DNA of 64,000 nucleotides, taken from positions 1,401 through 65,400 of the forward strand of contig NMRA01000532.1 of the NCBI GenBank assembly GCA_002633005.1, in the 5' to 3' direction. Of this stretch, positions 11,308 to 23,300 are shown piece after piece (the stretch's first letter is position 1; each line of letters opens with the position of its first letter). This DNA comes from Phoronis australis (Eukaryota; Animalia; Phoronida). Below the pieces are notes generated by a model. It was not told where the DNA came from, ran no database searches, and saw nothing but the letters and a program-made list of their open reading frames with translations. The translations under genes were made by a program, and so were the position numbers.

Positions 11308-14300
11308 GTGAGTGTTTATAAGTGATCTTAGAGCTCGTGAGGGTTCCTAAAAATTCAGTGTTACCGTGATTTGGTCCGCAAAGCGTATCTCTACTATCTT
11401 AGTTGTTGTGGACATTTTTATTCCACTGTGGTTTCCTCAGTCGATAATGTTCCCACTGTATTGTTGGTCTTCAGCACAGTTTTTGTAATCGATGTAGGAT
11501 TCGTGATAATTTTGAATGGTACCTCATAAGCTTTTCAGTTATCCTTTCAGAATTGTATAATATTATGTTGTATCCTGAACTTATCGAGTCAAACTTCTTC
11601 TGACCTATCTAACGTCTTCATGGCACTGAACAAGAAAATCTATAATATGTGAGATGAAATTATTAATAAAAAACAAACGAAATGTTGACTTTTGCATGTG
11701 GAAATCAATTTGTTTTAAATTTTGTTTTTCAGATCCAAGTCCACTTTAAAAGTTGCTGTGAGTAGTCTTTAAGTTCTAATTGTTGAAAAGACAAGTAATT
11801 TTCTCTAGTTTAGAATACCGTACTTGCACTGGCTCAAAAATACTCGATTGAGACACTGTATATATGTTGCTGCTCTTGAACAATTTTTTCAATCCAGATT
11901 TTTATTTCCAATGTTTTACAACTTGATGAATCCAGGATTAAGTAATTGTGTGCAGACCAACTAAATCCGGTAATGTTTTTCACAGTTACTACCCTTACTA
12001 AATTAATACGGTAACCAACAGTTACAAAACTGTTAAAACCCAAGTTCCTGGTTATAGCATCCTTTGTTATGTGAAGAGCATTAATTATAATGGGGCTTTT
12101 GCATTTCTGCTTATACTGTTGAGTTCAGGTTATAACTTTACAAGTGCTTTCTAAACCCACTCACAGAGGTGTAGAACGGAGTGTTGTAACCCTTTGGTGG
12201 TATGGGACATTTGTAAAAAACAAAATTTTTAGTCTCCTAAAACTACAGTACATTACTGTGTCCTGTGGTATGGAGTTATGGTATGCTCGGGGTAACAATG
12301 GAAGTTATTTTACCCCCAAGTTATTTTCCTTTTCTCAGAATGGTGGAACTACCATTGCCAACAACAACACTGACGAAAAGGAAACCACTCTAACAGAAGT
12401 GACACCTATGGACAGGGAACTGGAAGACATTATCACAGGAGTTGTCTCAGTTGATTTTGAGACACGCGAAGGAACCGCTAAGATGGACAAAGATTTCAAA
12501 TTTGCTCAAGGAAAATTGGTAAGCTCAGTTTCAATTCCAGTGCAATAATTTATCGTATTATTTTGGAAATTAATCATTCAATCCGAATGCATTGTCAAGT
12601 TCAAATTTGAATAAATCAATTTAACTGCAATCACTTGAAAATTGTCTGATATCATTTTTGGCTTTAGTAATGGACTTACCCAGAGTATGCAAGTGATATC
12701 TTTATACTAAACATGGAACTTGAGAGATCAGTGAAATGCGTTATTAGCTGGACACTCAGGTCTCAGTTGTGCAATGCTCCAATCTATGTTTCATGAAACA
12801 TCCAGAAAACAACTGAGAAACCTGCATGTTAGGCAAACCGATGCAATGTTTTTCTGGATGATGCTTTCATTTTTATGTGTCCCCCCAGGCTTTATATTGC
12901 CGTCATAACCTCTGTTTGGGCATCTGGTGTAGGCTGCTGTATCTCCTAAATTCCTTGCCCGGTTTTCATGAGATTCAGTAGAGTCGACGTGTTCCTTTGA
13001 AGCTAACTGCAGACAAGTTTCGGACTGAACCGAATGCTGCAGTTACTGCTTAGTAGCAGATTTGGTTTTTTAACTTTGCTTCTGTTTCTACGAAGTTCCT
13101 TGACAGCTTTTTTTTCAAAAAATGGCAAATAGGTTTCGATTGAAACACCAGCAGCCTTCGAATTGTGAATGCATTTGACGATTTTCAACCACTGTCGGAC
13201 ATCTTAATTTATTTTTAGTCTGCTTCTCTATTTGCCAAATCCCTTGAAGGTCATGATTGTGAAGTTTGGAAGATATATTCTTATTGAGGAGAGCACTTCT
13301 GACATTGATTTTTCGACAGGTATTGCTACTGTGGTGTCCCCTAGTGGCCATTTTTTTGCTTTGCTTCTGCCTCAGTATCTACTAAGTTTGTGGATGGACC
13401 CGAGTATTGTGCTGTTTCCTTGTGGAAATTATGATTTTCTTTACATCTGCCTCAGTATTTTCCAACTTCCTTCTATGGAACTTGGTGTAATAGAGCATAT
13501 GTGCTCCTACACTCCTTATTCTGAAAATTGTATCTCGCGTAATGGTTCCAGATTTTAGTTATATCTTATACATGGATGGTAGTATGTTCCCAGTTTTGGA
13601 TGGATATAAACTATTCTGTGCTCCTAGTGACCAATTTTTGATTACTTTTACCTGTGTCTGTGGCATTTGCTTCTATATGTGCCAAAGTGCTTGAAGGATC
13701 ATTATGAAAATTGACGGGTGTGTTCCTACTGAGAAGACTGACTTTGATATTCAGATGGTCCTATCTATTGTGGCAGTCCGTAGGTGCATTTATTTCATCT
13801 GTGGCTATATTTCCTTTATCCTTTGTGGGATGTCCGTGGCAAGTCTTTCCCAGGAATGTGAGAACAACTTTTTACTTTTGGACATATCTGTGCCCCCTAG
13901 TGGCAGTTTGATTTTTTACCACGGCCTGTTTTATTTGACGGATTTTCTGGAATTACAGAGACAACAGCACCTTTTCAACTTTTGAGAGATTTGGTTATTC
14001 TGTGCCACTCAGTGGCCATTTTTAGATTTTTTATTTTATTATTCATTATTTATACATCAATTACCTAAAAAACCACTGAGTCACTGATCAGTCTATTTAA
14101 TCATGCTTTCATTGTCCATTAATTATCACCACGTACCTAAAAACCACAGCCATTGATCTACCTACTGAGTCATTTTTTCATCATTCACTAATTATCCACC
14201 ACTTATACCTAACAAACCACTCATCTGTCTACTCAATCATCCTTTCATTATTCACTAAGTATCCTCCACTTAACTAACAAACCACTCATCTGTCTACTCA

Positions 14301-17300
14301 ATCATCCTCTCATTATTCACTAAGTATCCTCCACTTAACTAACAAACCACTCATCTGTCTACTCAATCATCCTTTCATTATTCACTAAGTATCCTCCACT
14401 TAACTAACAAACCACTCATCTGTCTACTCAATCATCCTCTCATTATTCACTAAGTATCCACCACTTATAACTAACAAACCACTCATCTGTCTACTCAATC
14501 ATCCTCTCATTATTCACTAAGTATCCACCACTTATAACTAACAAACCACTCATCTGTCTACTCACCTACTTTCATTGGCCATTGGCTCAAAAATACTCGC
14601 TAAACTCATTGAGGCACTGTAAATATGTTGCTGCTCTTGAACGTTTTTTTTTTTCAATCCAAAGTTTTACTTCCAATGTTTTACAAACCACTGAGTCACT
14701 GATCTGTCTTTTCAATCATGCTGTCCTTATCCATTAATTCCCATCACTGACCTATCATCCTGTCATTACCCATTATCAAATTACGTAACAAACTCTTACT
14801 AGATATTACTTTCTTGATTCTCTTGTGTTTGAAGACTGTTGTTTTTTGCCATCTTATGATTTTAGAGAATGTGAGATTTTTTTATGTAAATTTGTAATTT
14901 TACTTACAGTTAAGTAACTATGTAAGTAAAAGTATGCATAACCTTTAAAATTTCGGTAAGATTAGAGATTACTCAACTTCCATTTTCCTTCTGAATAATG
15001 TGATTTTGAAGAGATAATTGAGACTCATTTTAGATGTAAAATATTTTTCGTTTCACGTATATCGCTTTAAGGCAAATGTCCTAAAGAGCCAGTCACATGC
15101 TGTTAAAAGACGTCAAGTAAATGCAACTATTTTTGTTGAATCTCGTACTCTCTTCTACTCATTAAGAGATCCTGTAATATGTCATTTAATTGTTGTTTCT
15201 ATGGATGAGTTTTGTGATCAGAGAGATTCCACTGTTTTAGATTTTCCACGAGGAAGAATTCTGTAAAACCATCTCCATACCCATAGTGGCTGATCACCAG
15301 TGGGAAGGAGACAATGAGTTTTACGTTATTTTGAAAAACCCACAAGGTGACTCGGGCCTTGGGGACCCCAGTGTTACACGCGTCCTGATTATTGATGATG
15401 ACGGTAGGTGCAGACATGGTTTGAAGAGATCGCTTGATCGGCTTGGGTATGAGCAACTTCAAATTTGGCAAGCCAAGTGATTTTTATCAAAATAACTTTT
15501 TAGCTGCCGTAGTTGTGTTGGGCACCAATTGGTGCATTATACTGGCAGTGAGACTCGTAAAACAGATGGAGAGAAATTTTAGTTTTTTAAGTTGCTCAGG
15601 CTTGCTGATTAAGTGACTTGTTTGTTATGAGTTTGTGTGTGTTTTCAACGATACCACATTTGTTCATTTTAGGTATTTGCAGAGCACGAGTATAGGAAGA
15701 CAATTTCGGTTCCGATTATCAACGATTTGAATTTCCATAATAATGTTGAGTTCTACGTTATATTAAAAAATCCCGATGGGGACGCGGGTATTGGCGACCC
15801 AAGCATCACCCGTTGCACAATAGTTGATGATGATGGTAAGATAGTCCCCAGTTTTGCACTCCTCTATCCAACTTTTCGCTGTTTTGCCTGTGTGTTTCAC
15901 CTCTATGCCTTCCCGGGAGTTTCTCTTCACTGTTTTAAATGATTCAGCCCGTGCCTTTGCATACACTGAGCTTTAAATGCACTCTCCAGGTGTCACTCCT
16001 CAGCAATGGTCATAAGATAATCCAATGATTTGGACTTTTGTTACTAATACATAATGTCTGTTTTCTCTCCTCTATGCTTAGTTCTAAGGAGTGACCCAGG
16101 GATACCCACTGTAATTTCGCTCACACACAGTTAACCCAAGGGAGTTGACCACAAACAATATAACTTTTACTGTTGCTGTGTTTTATCTCACATATTAAAA
16201 TACAGAAAGCTGCTCATCTTATATATGTTTGTAAGTGAGATTGCCAAATTCTGTTTCGCTGGAGTGTCAAATGTATTTATAAGTTGTTTATTTTTGCCAC
16301 ATTTTACTTTGGGAAAATGAAAAATGTGGACTACACTTAATCTAATCTAACTTGAACAGATCTCTGTAAAAATTGTATCACCAATCACATTTGACAAACT
16401 TAAATACTCGTAAGACGTGTTTTGCGTGACTACCTCGGTCTTTACTGAATTCTTTCCCATCGCACTAGTTGCTACATCCTAACGCATGCTCCTCAAGCCA
16501 GTGAGCTGCGAAAATAGTCACTGGAGAACATCTTCACTCAGTGAAGGTCACATTTTATTGAGCGATGAAACTAACAATGAGATGTCACACTGCCGTTATT
16601 CCGTTTTGCAACATTCTTGCTGTCTCCACTGCTAGCCTATCTGACAGCACTACAGTAGTATAGCTCAGGCTTTTGCTGGTGTTGGAAGGTAGAATGCACA
16701 AAAACAAAATTAATGTAAGGTGTACTCAACATAGTAGAACTCGCCCAATAAAACTAGCTCAGCACACACAAGTGTGAGACCCTCAGCAGAGACTAGCTGT
16801 ATACAACAATGTGATGATAGACAGCACAGTTTTTGGAGAGCGTAGTTTGATTTCAGAATGAAGCTCATCTTTAGCAATCCTTTGGTAAAGTAATTTCTGT
16901 ATCCTCATTTAACACACCCCCTTCCACACAGTGCAACGTCCTACACACATCCTAGCTTTCATTTCCTTTCTTTTAGTCACGCTCTCAAAACTCAAGGGTA
17001 ATAATCCTTTCTATAGTTATTGAGTACATAGCATGTGCTTTTAAGACCTAGTAGTCATTGGTATAGTCTTGGTGTTACATGTGACAGGGACGGATATGAT
17101 TAGTTTAAGGATGGGGGCGTCACTAATATCTCTATGGTGCATCCCGTCATTATCGTCTGTGTGAAATGATCCCTCAGAGTCAACTATGTGGAGTAACCCC
17201 CGTCATCTACTCTCAACCACGAGGCTATTTCAGTCACTGAGTTTAGTTTTAGAATATGCAACTGCATAAGGCCAAAAAGCGTAAGTGATTCTGGTCTTTT

Positions 17301-20300
17301 TTGCAAACCGTTTCCATGGTGAGGTATTTTTTCTTGCTTGTTCATAATTTTAAAAGGAAAATGCACCTGAGGTTAAACCAAAATGACGAGGGATTTTTGT
17401 TAATTTTACCCATTGTTTTGTAAATCATTGTCTTCAAAACCTTGCTTGTTCTTGCTGACTGGCTTTTGTGCATCTTTTTAAAAAAGCACAAGACCAGTAG
17501 GCTGACATTGATGGGGCAAGCAATTTTTTTCTTAGTCGAAGAGTACTGGTCTCAAAGTGAGTCTGAGTAACGACCAGAACCAACCAATGCTTTTTTGGCC
17601 TAAAATCAGATACGATTGTGGGAGTAGTGAGTTAATCCGTCCCTGTTCACTTTGCTATATAGTTGTATCTGGGTTACCATAGTAACTTTGCTATTCAATT
17701 CTAGATGTATATAGCTGAAACTCGCTAAGCATTGATGTGTAGAGTTTGATTAGAATACATTTTAGCACTTGCTTGTTAGATTTTATTGAATGATGTGTTG
17801 TGATTAAGGCGTATTTAGTTATTTTAACTAAAATGTTATTGGTGTGATGTGTAGGTGACACCAGCTTGCAAGTTTTAGTAAAATGGACAAGACTGATATA
17901 GATCTGTCATTATCTTGCAAAAATCGCTACATGTAAACAATGCACTTACTGTGCATTTGGAATTATAATTAATGTTTTAGTCTCATTTTCTTAAATAACA
18001 CCAGTGGGATCATATGTTAGATTCTGTTGACTCTAAACTGATTCTGCATTTCAATACATTTTTCAGATACACTTTTATGCGCCTACGATATATGGCGTCA
18101 TCCCCATCCATCCGTCCTTAAGGCGTCCGCTTCTGTATCTCCAAAACCCCTTCATGGATTTTGTGAAATTTTGCAGTCATGCTTGTGTCATGAATGAGAC
18201 AACACAAATGAATTGTTTTGACAGATCTGACTACTGCTGTGCCTCCTAATGGCAATTTTATTTTTTACGTTTGTCTCAGTCTGTCAATTAAAGATCTTTC
18301 CTTGACGAATTTCCATCTGTGACGAATTCAACATAGTCTGCACCACTTAGTGGCCATTTTACTGTGGCACCCCGTAGTGGCTGTTTTTGCTAAGACCCCT
18401 GCAGGATATTTGTTAAATTTGGCAAGTGTATTTCTATGGACGTGACAACGACGACAACTTTCGGAGGTAATTGCAGCAACAGTTGTACTTCATCCCTGGT
18501 GGTAATTTTAGTTTTTCACTATCTTTTGAATATTCAAAATTCCTTGATTAATTTTCATGAAATTTGGCCATAAGTTTACTTTTTTGGATAAATTTGACGC
18601 AAATAGTATGCCACCTACTAGCCATTTTTATTATTTTTTTCAAATTTCATTTTGGTGTCTGCCTTTCTATCTCCAAACCACTAAGAATTGATAATGAAAA
18701 TTTATTTGGCAATTGTGTTTCTTCTGGAAAGTTCCTGGCAAAACATGATGTTTGGACAGACTTACTGATTTGGTGCCCTCTATTGACAATTTTGTTATTT
18801 TTGCCTCAGTGGTTCCATATCTACCATGTACCTCAATAGATAGTCTTGAAATATAAATGATGCGGATTTTGTGTCAAATTTAACTACTGTGGAATCTCCT
18901 ACAGGCAATGCTTGTCTTTGTGTTTGCCTTAATATCTATCAAGTTCTGTGATGCATGTTCATGAAATTTGGCTAATAAGTTACTATCATGAACACATCAC
19001 AAATCCTGTTGCAGACGGATTTGACCTACATTGCCCCCCTACCGGCCTTTTTATTGTTTTTTTTTTGTCTGTTCTTTGTTGTCCTCCCCATAATCTTCCA
19101 AACTTTGTGGAGAATCATGATGAAAAGTGACAGGTGTGTTCCTATTAAGGAAAGCATTGCTGACTTCTTTTGCACCCTATAGGGGTTATTGTTTTAAACT
19201 TACTGGCATTGCTCCCTCTGGTGGGAATGTTTAAAATAGTAACTATCTCTTGTATCTGCTCTGTGTGTGATGCAAGCAGTGGGTACTTATTAATTTTTGC
19301 TTTGTTTACATTCAAAAAGATTTTAAAAGCCAGTGCAGGTACAAACATCAAAAACTGATTAAAACTGTGCTGGATTAGTTGTAGTGAATGATCTACTTAT
19401 CACCCTGAGTATGACAAAGATGGCACATTGATCACTTGTGAAAATATTGGGTACATCTAAGCTGTTTGACGTTGACTTTTACCTTGTCCTGCAGTCTGTC
19501 ACAGCCATTGAGAAAGAGCAAGGCTTATATGTTTGGAAGATTTACTCAGATTTATTCTGCTTCTTCCGTACTTGGTAATGGAGTAGCCTTTATACAGTCA
19601 TATAGTTTTCATAAATTCAATACCTAACAAGCCTTTGGGACCTTCTTTTGCAACACAAATTTGCACTTCTTTCACTGCGACAATGTCCATAGTTTTAATT
19701 TCCTGTGATTGTGTTTTCCTGTCAATGAAATGCAAGCACTCAGATGACCTTTTAACTTTTTCGCGTACATGCATGTTGACCTTTGACCTGCGAACGTCAC
19801 AGTAATGACACCGCAACTGCATGTGAGTGCTGGATCAATTCACATAGAATGTAGCTATCCACTTTTTTGATGAGTATTTAGTTCACGGAATGATTCCATA
19901 TTCACAAGACTAATGTGCATAAGCCATAACCTTTTGTTCAGACACCTGGGGCTGAAACATTTCAATACTAATTTAGTTTCCATTGTTTTATTTCACCAAC
20001 TTACCGCATTCCTATGTGTTTTTAAACTCTTTTTCAGAACCTGGGGAGTTCACTTTTGAAAAATCTCATTTGTACGCTGACCCCAGCAATGGGGTCGCTA
20101 CGGCAACTGTGATGCGTCAGAAAGGCTGTGATGGGACTGTTACTATAGAGTTCTCAACAATGTAAGTTTCTTCAAACACTTTAACTTCGGATTGTTTAGG
20201 ATAATTTGAATATGATGAAATTTTTAAGATATGGAGTAATCATTTTGAAGTAGAACAAAATGACACATTTCCTTTCAAGGTCAGTCAGTGTGAAGTAATT

Positions 20301-23300
20301 GCCTCTATTGGTGGAGAACTTTTAACTTATAACTGGCAATTTACATTGTGCTATCATCTGAGGTATCCTGTTGGGGCTGAAAGGAAAACATCTTGGTAAT
20401 CTTCTATTTTTGTGGTTAGGTGTTATTACTTCAGTGTTGAAAATCCTTTATTCACTCACTTTAGAAATTTGTTCACAATTTTTGATTCTTAGAATTTAAG
20501 GAAAATATGCCTTGTAGTTAAATGAAAACCAGTGGCTCGGTTGTTTATTTTTGCTAATTGTGTTTCCACCAACAGTGATGGTCTGGCTAAAGGGGGTCCG
20601 TCAGATAGTGAGGAGGCCGACTACGTAGCAAGTGGCGGTATTTTGGAGTTTAAGCACGGGGAGACCAGCAAAGAAATCAGCGTCCAGTTGAATAAAGCAC
20701 TTACTACAAAGGTATAATGAGGAGTAGTATTGAGAAAATATAACGAGATAAGGAAGGTGTAAGGATGGGTAATAAATGGAGGTCCTCTGATAGTGATGGA
20801 ACTTGAAGTAACAGGAATTACGTATTTTAAACAAATGAGTACCTTTTGCTTATTACAAAAATATCACAAACTGAGTGGTATTATTTGTTATTTGAGCTTG
20901 ATTAAAGTTTTAGTTTTCAGAGGAAACTATAAGCTGCTAGATATAAAAATTTGTGTTTGCGAATTGCGATTTTTCCCCGTAGCATTGGCTGTATGCAAGT
21001 CGACTCCTTAACAAATGATGTGAAGTGTGCAAGAACATGGAATACATTTTAAATTCTTAGAGAGGCTTCATTGTTTTGTTTTCAGGGCTTCAAGAACTTT
21101 ATCGTTGCATTGAGGAACCCAAGCTTAGGAGCAAAAATTGGAGAGCACAGCGCCACAGTGGTCAATCTTACACAAGGTGGGATATGGTGATGGGCAGTTT
21201 GTGTTTTGGAGCTTTGTTTCTTGCTTTACATTTAAGAAATCCAAATTGGATCACTTTGTTTCTTGCTTTACAATTAAGAAATCCAAAATGGATCACTTTG
21301 TTTCTTGCTTTACATTTAAGAAATCCAAAATGGATCACTACAGCTATAACCACGTCTAATGAAAATGAATATTGTCGGAAAGACAACTAATTGAAGTTGA
21401 ATCTCATTAAGTCAAATTAACATTTTCTGTAGAAGTGACGTGTATTTGATAAGTGACTTTACGGGGGAGGTGCAGGCCCTCTACTGACATGACAAAAAAT
21501 GTCATCGTTGGCATCTTTCAAAGCTTTGTAGCTTTTGAAAATCTCGTCTAAGTGGCAAATATGTATTTAAAGTACATTGTTTTACGCCACCAAATTTTGT
21601 GATTTTTCAGTGTCTGCTATGAATTTGTTCAATTAGGTGTGCTACTTCTTAACTGTACGTCTTGAGTTTGCATGAAATTGTCTACTATTCCAGATGAAAT
21701 AGGCGACCGCATTGCTGAAATATTGGACGATGACGAAGACGAAAAAATCTCTTGGGGGGAGCAGTTCAGGAAGTATGTATTTTCAGTTATTATGTTATTC
21801 CATGTGTTATTTTATTTTACGTTATTCCAAGTGTTATTTTATTTTATGTTATTCTAAGTGTTATTTACATTTATTTATTTCAAGTGTTATTTTATTTTAC
21901 ATTATTCCAAGTGTTATTTTATTTTACATTTTTCCAAGTGTTACTTTTTTGAGTTCAGCTATTTTTAAAAAGTAGACAGTGTACGTGTTTGCACAGCTTT
22001 TTCACGTACGACAAATTGAAACCAGGCACATATTAACTACCACTGAAATTCTAACAGTTACGAGCGGTGTTATGTTGCTGTATCAGCACATGCTTTGGTA
22101 CTGTCAAGCGACTTGACAATAGTAAACCCAGTAAGTCACCGACTGCCTCCCGTACAGTATTGATAACCATAAACATACTGACTTTCTCACTTACAGTATC
22201 ACTACAGCCCAGACATCGATAATCTCGCCTGTATAAATAATTACAATTCCACACCGACTGCACAATTAGGGTACCAATCTCGGCGACAAACGCACATTTG
22301 CAGCACAATTTCACATTTTATTCTCAGTACAGTTGACACAGTGACTATACGATCATTTTTCAAAATTGTAACTTACACCTGTCCCACTTAATACCAATTA
22401 CGTTAGCTCACCACATAGCTTGGTCATTTTTCCTGTTCATCTTTAGGTATTACAGCGTAATAAATACTCTGGAGGTTGGTGTAAATAGGCCAATAGGTTA
22501 TAAATGATATGTTAGTACATGGCCATTTTAAAGCAGTTTCGGGATGTCTAACTGAAAATGGCAACTGTAGTAAGACCGAACATTAACTGCCATATTATAA
22601 TAGGAATGAGAATTATGGTTATGGGAGTGCCTGTAATGAGTCAGTGTACTGATATTATAATTATTATAATTTCAAATAATGCAAATGGTGTTTGTGCTTG
22701 TTCAGTTCCATGAAGATTGAGGCAGACGAGGACGAGGATGGGAACGAGATACCCCTTAAGTGGTACGACTATGCGCTGCACTTCGTCATGTTTGCATGGA
22801 AAATCTTCTTTGCCTTTATTCCACCCACGTGAGTATTACAGGGACGTGCATGAGACGCCTGAGTGTCTTTCCAGTTATGCTATAACTTCCTCTCTTTTAA
22901 TGGCCATGTCAGACTAGAGTGGTAATGTGAATTAATTTCTGATAGTAGGCATCTGTGCATATGTTGGGAGAATGCTACGTTTTTTTCCTTTCTGGTACTC
23001 TGATATTTAGCTAGCCCAGGCATACTTTTGGAATTAGGAGGTCTATCAACCAAAAACGGTTAATTTATAGTAGGTTGTGAAGTGTGTTTGCAAATATGAA
23101 AAACTAAAAACAACATAATGATTAAAATGGGTTTCTAAAACTGCAGACTGACGTGATAATTGACTGTAAATTTAGCTTTTGCTGACACTGTTCATTATTG
23201 GGAACCCTTCAGGACCTGAGAAATTACATATAACTGGGGCCCAAAAATAGCTAGGCTATGGGCCTATACGTGGATAATTTTTCTAATATAGGCTATGCAG

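Noticed and set aside
11831-11920. ~90-bp sequence repeated at ~14584-14686 in neighbouring NCX introns
   Set aside because: Direct orientation, no splice signals or open frame; looks like a fragment of an ordinary dispersed repeat.
15836-20037. A third alternative CBD1 exon in the long downstream intron
   Set aside because: No further EFYVILKNP or DDD-G|gt-like segment was found by eye.
21076-21390. 104-aa ORF with [13 protein letters not shown] repeats
   Set aside because: Wrong frame relative to the true exon 21086-21176 and extended only by an intronic 42-bp tandem repeat.
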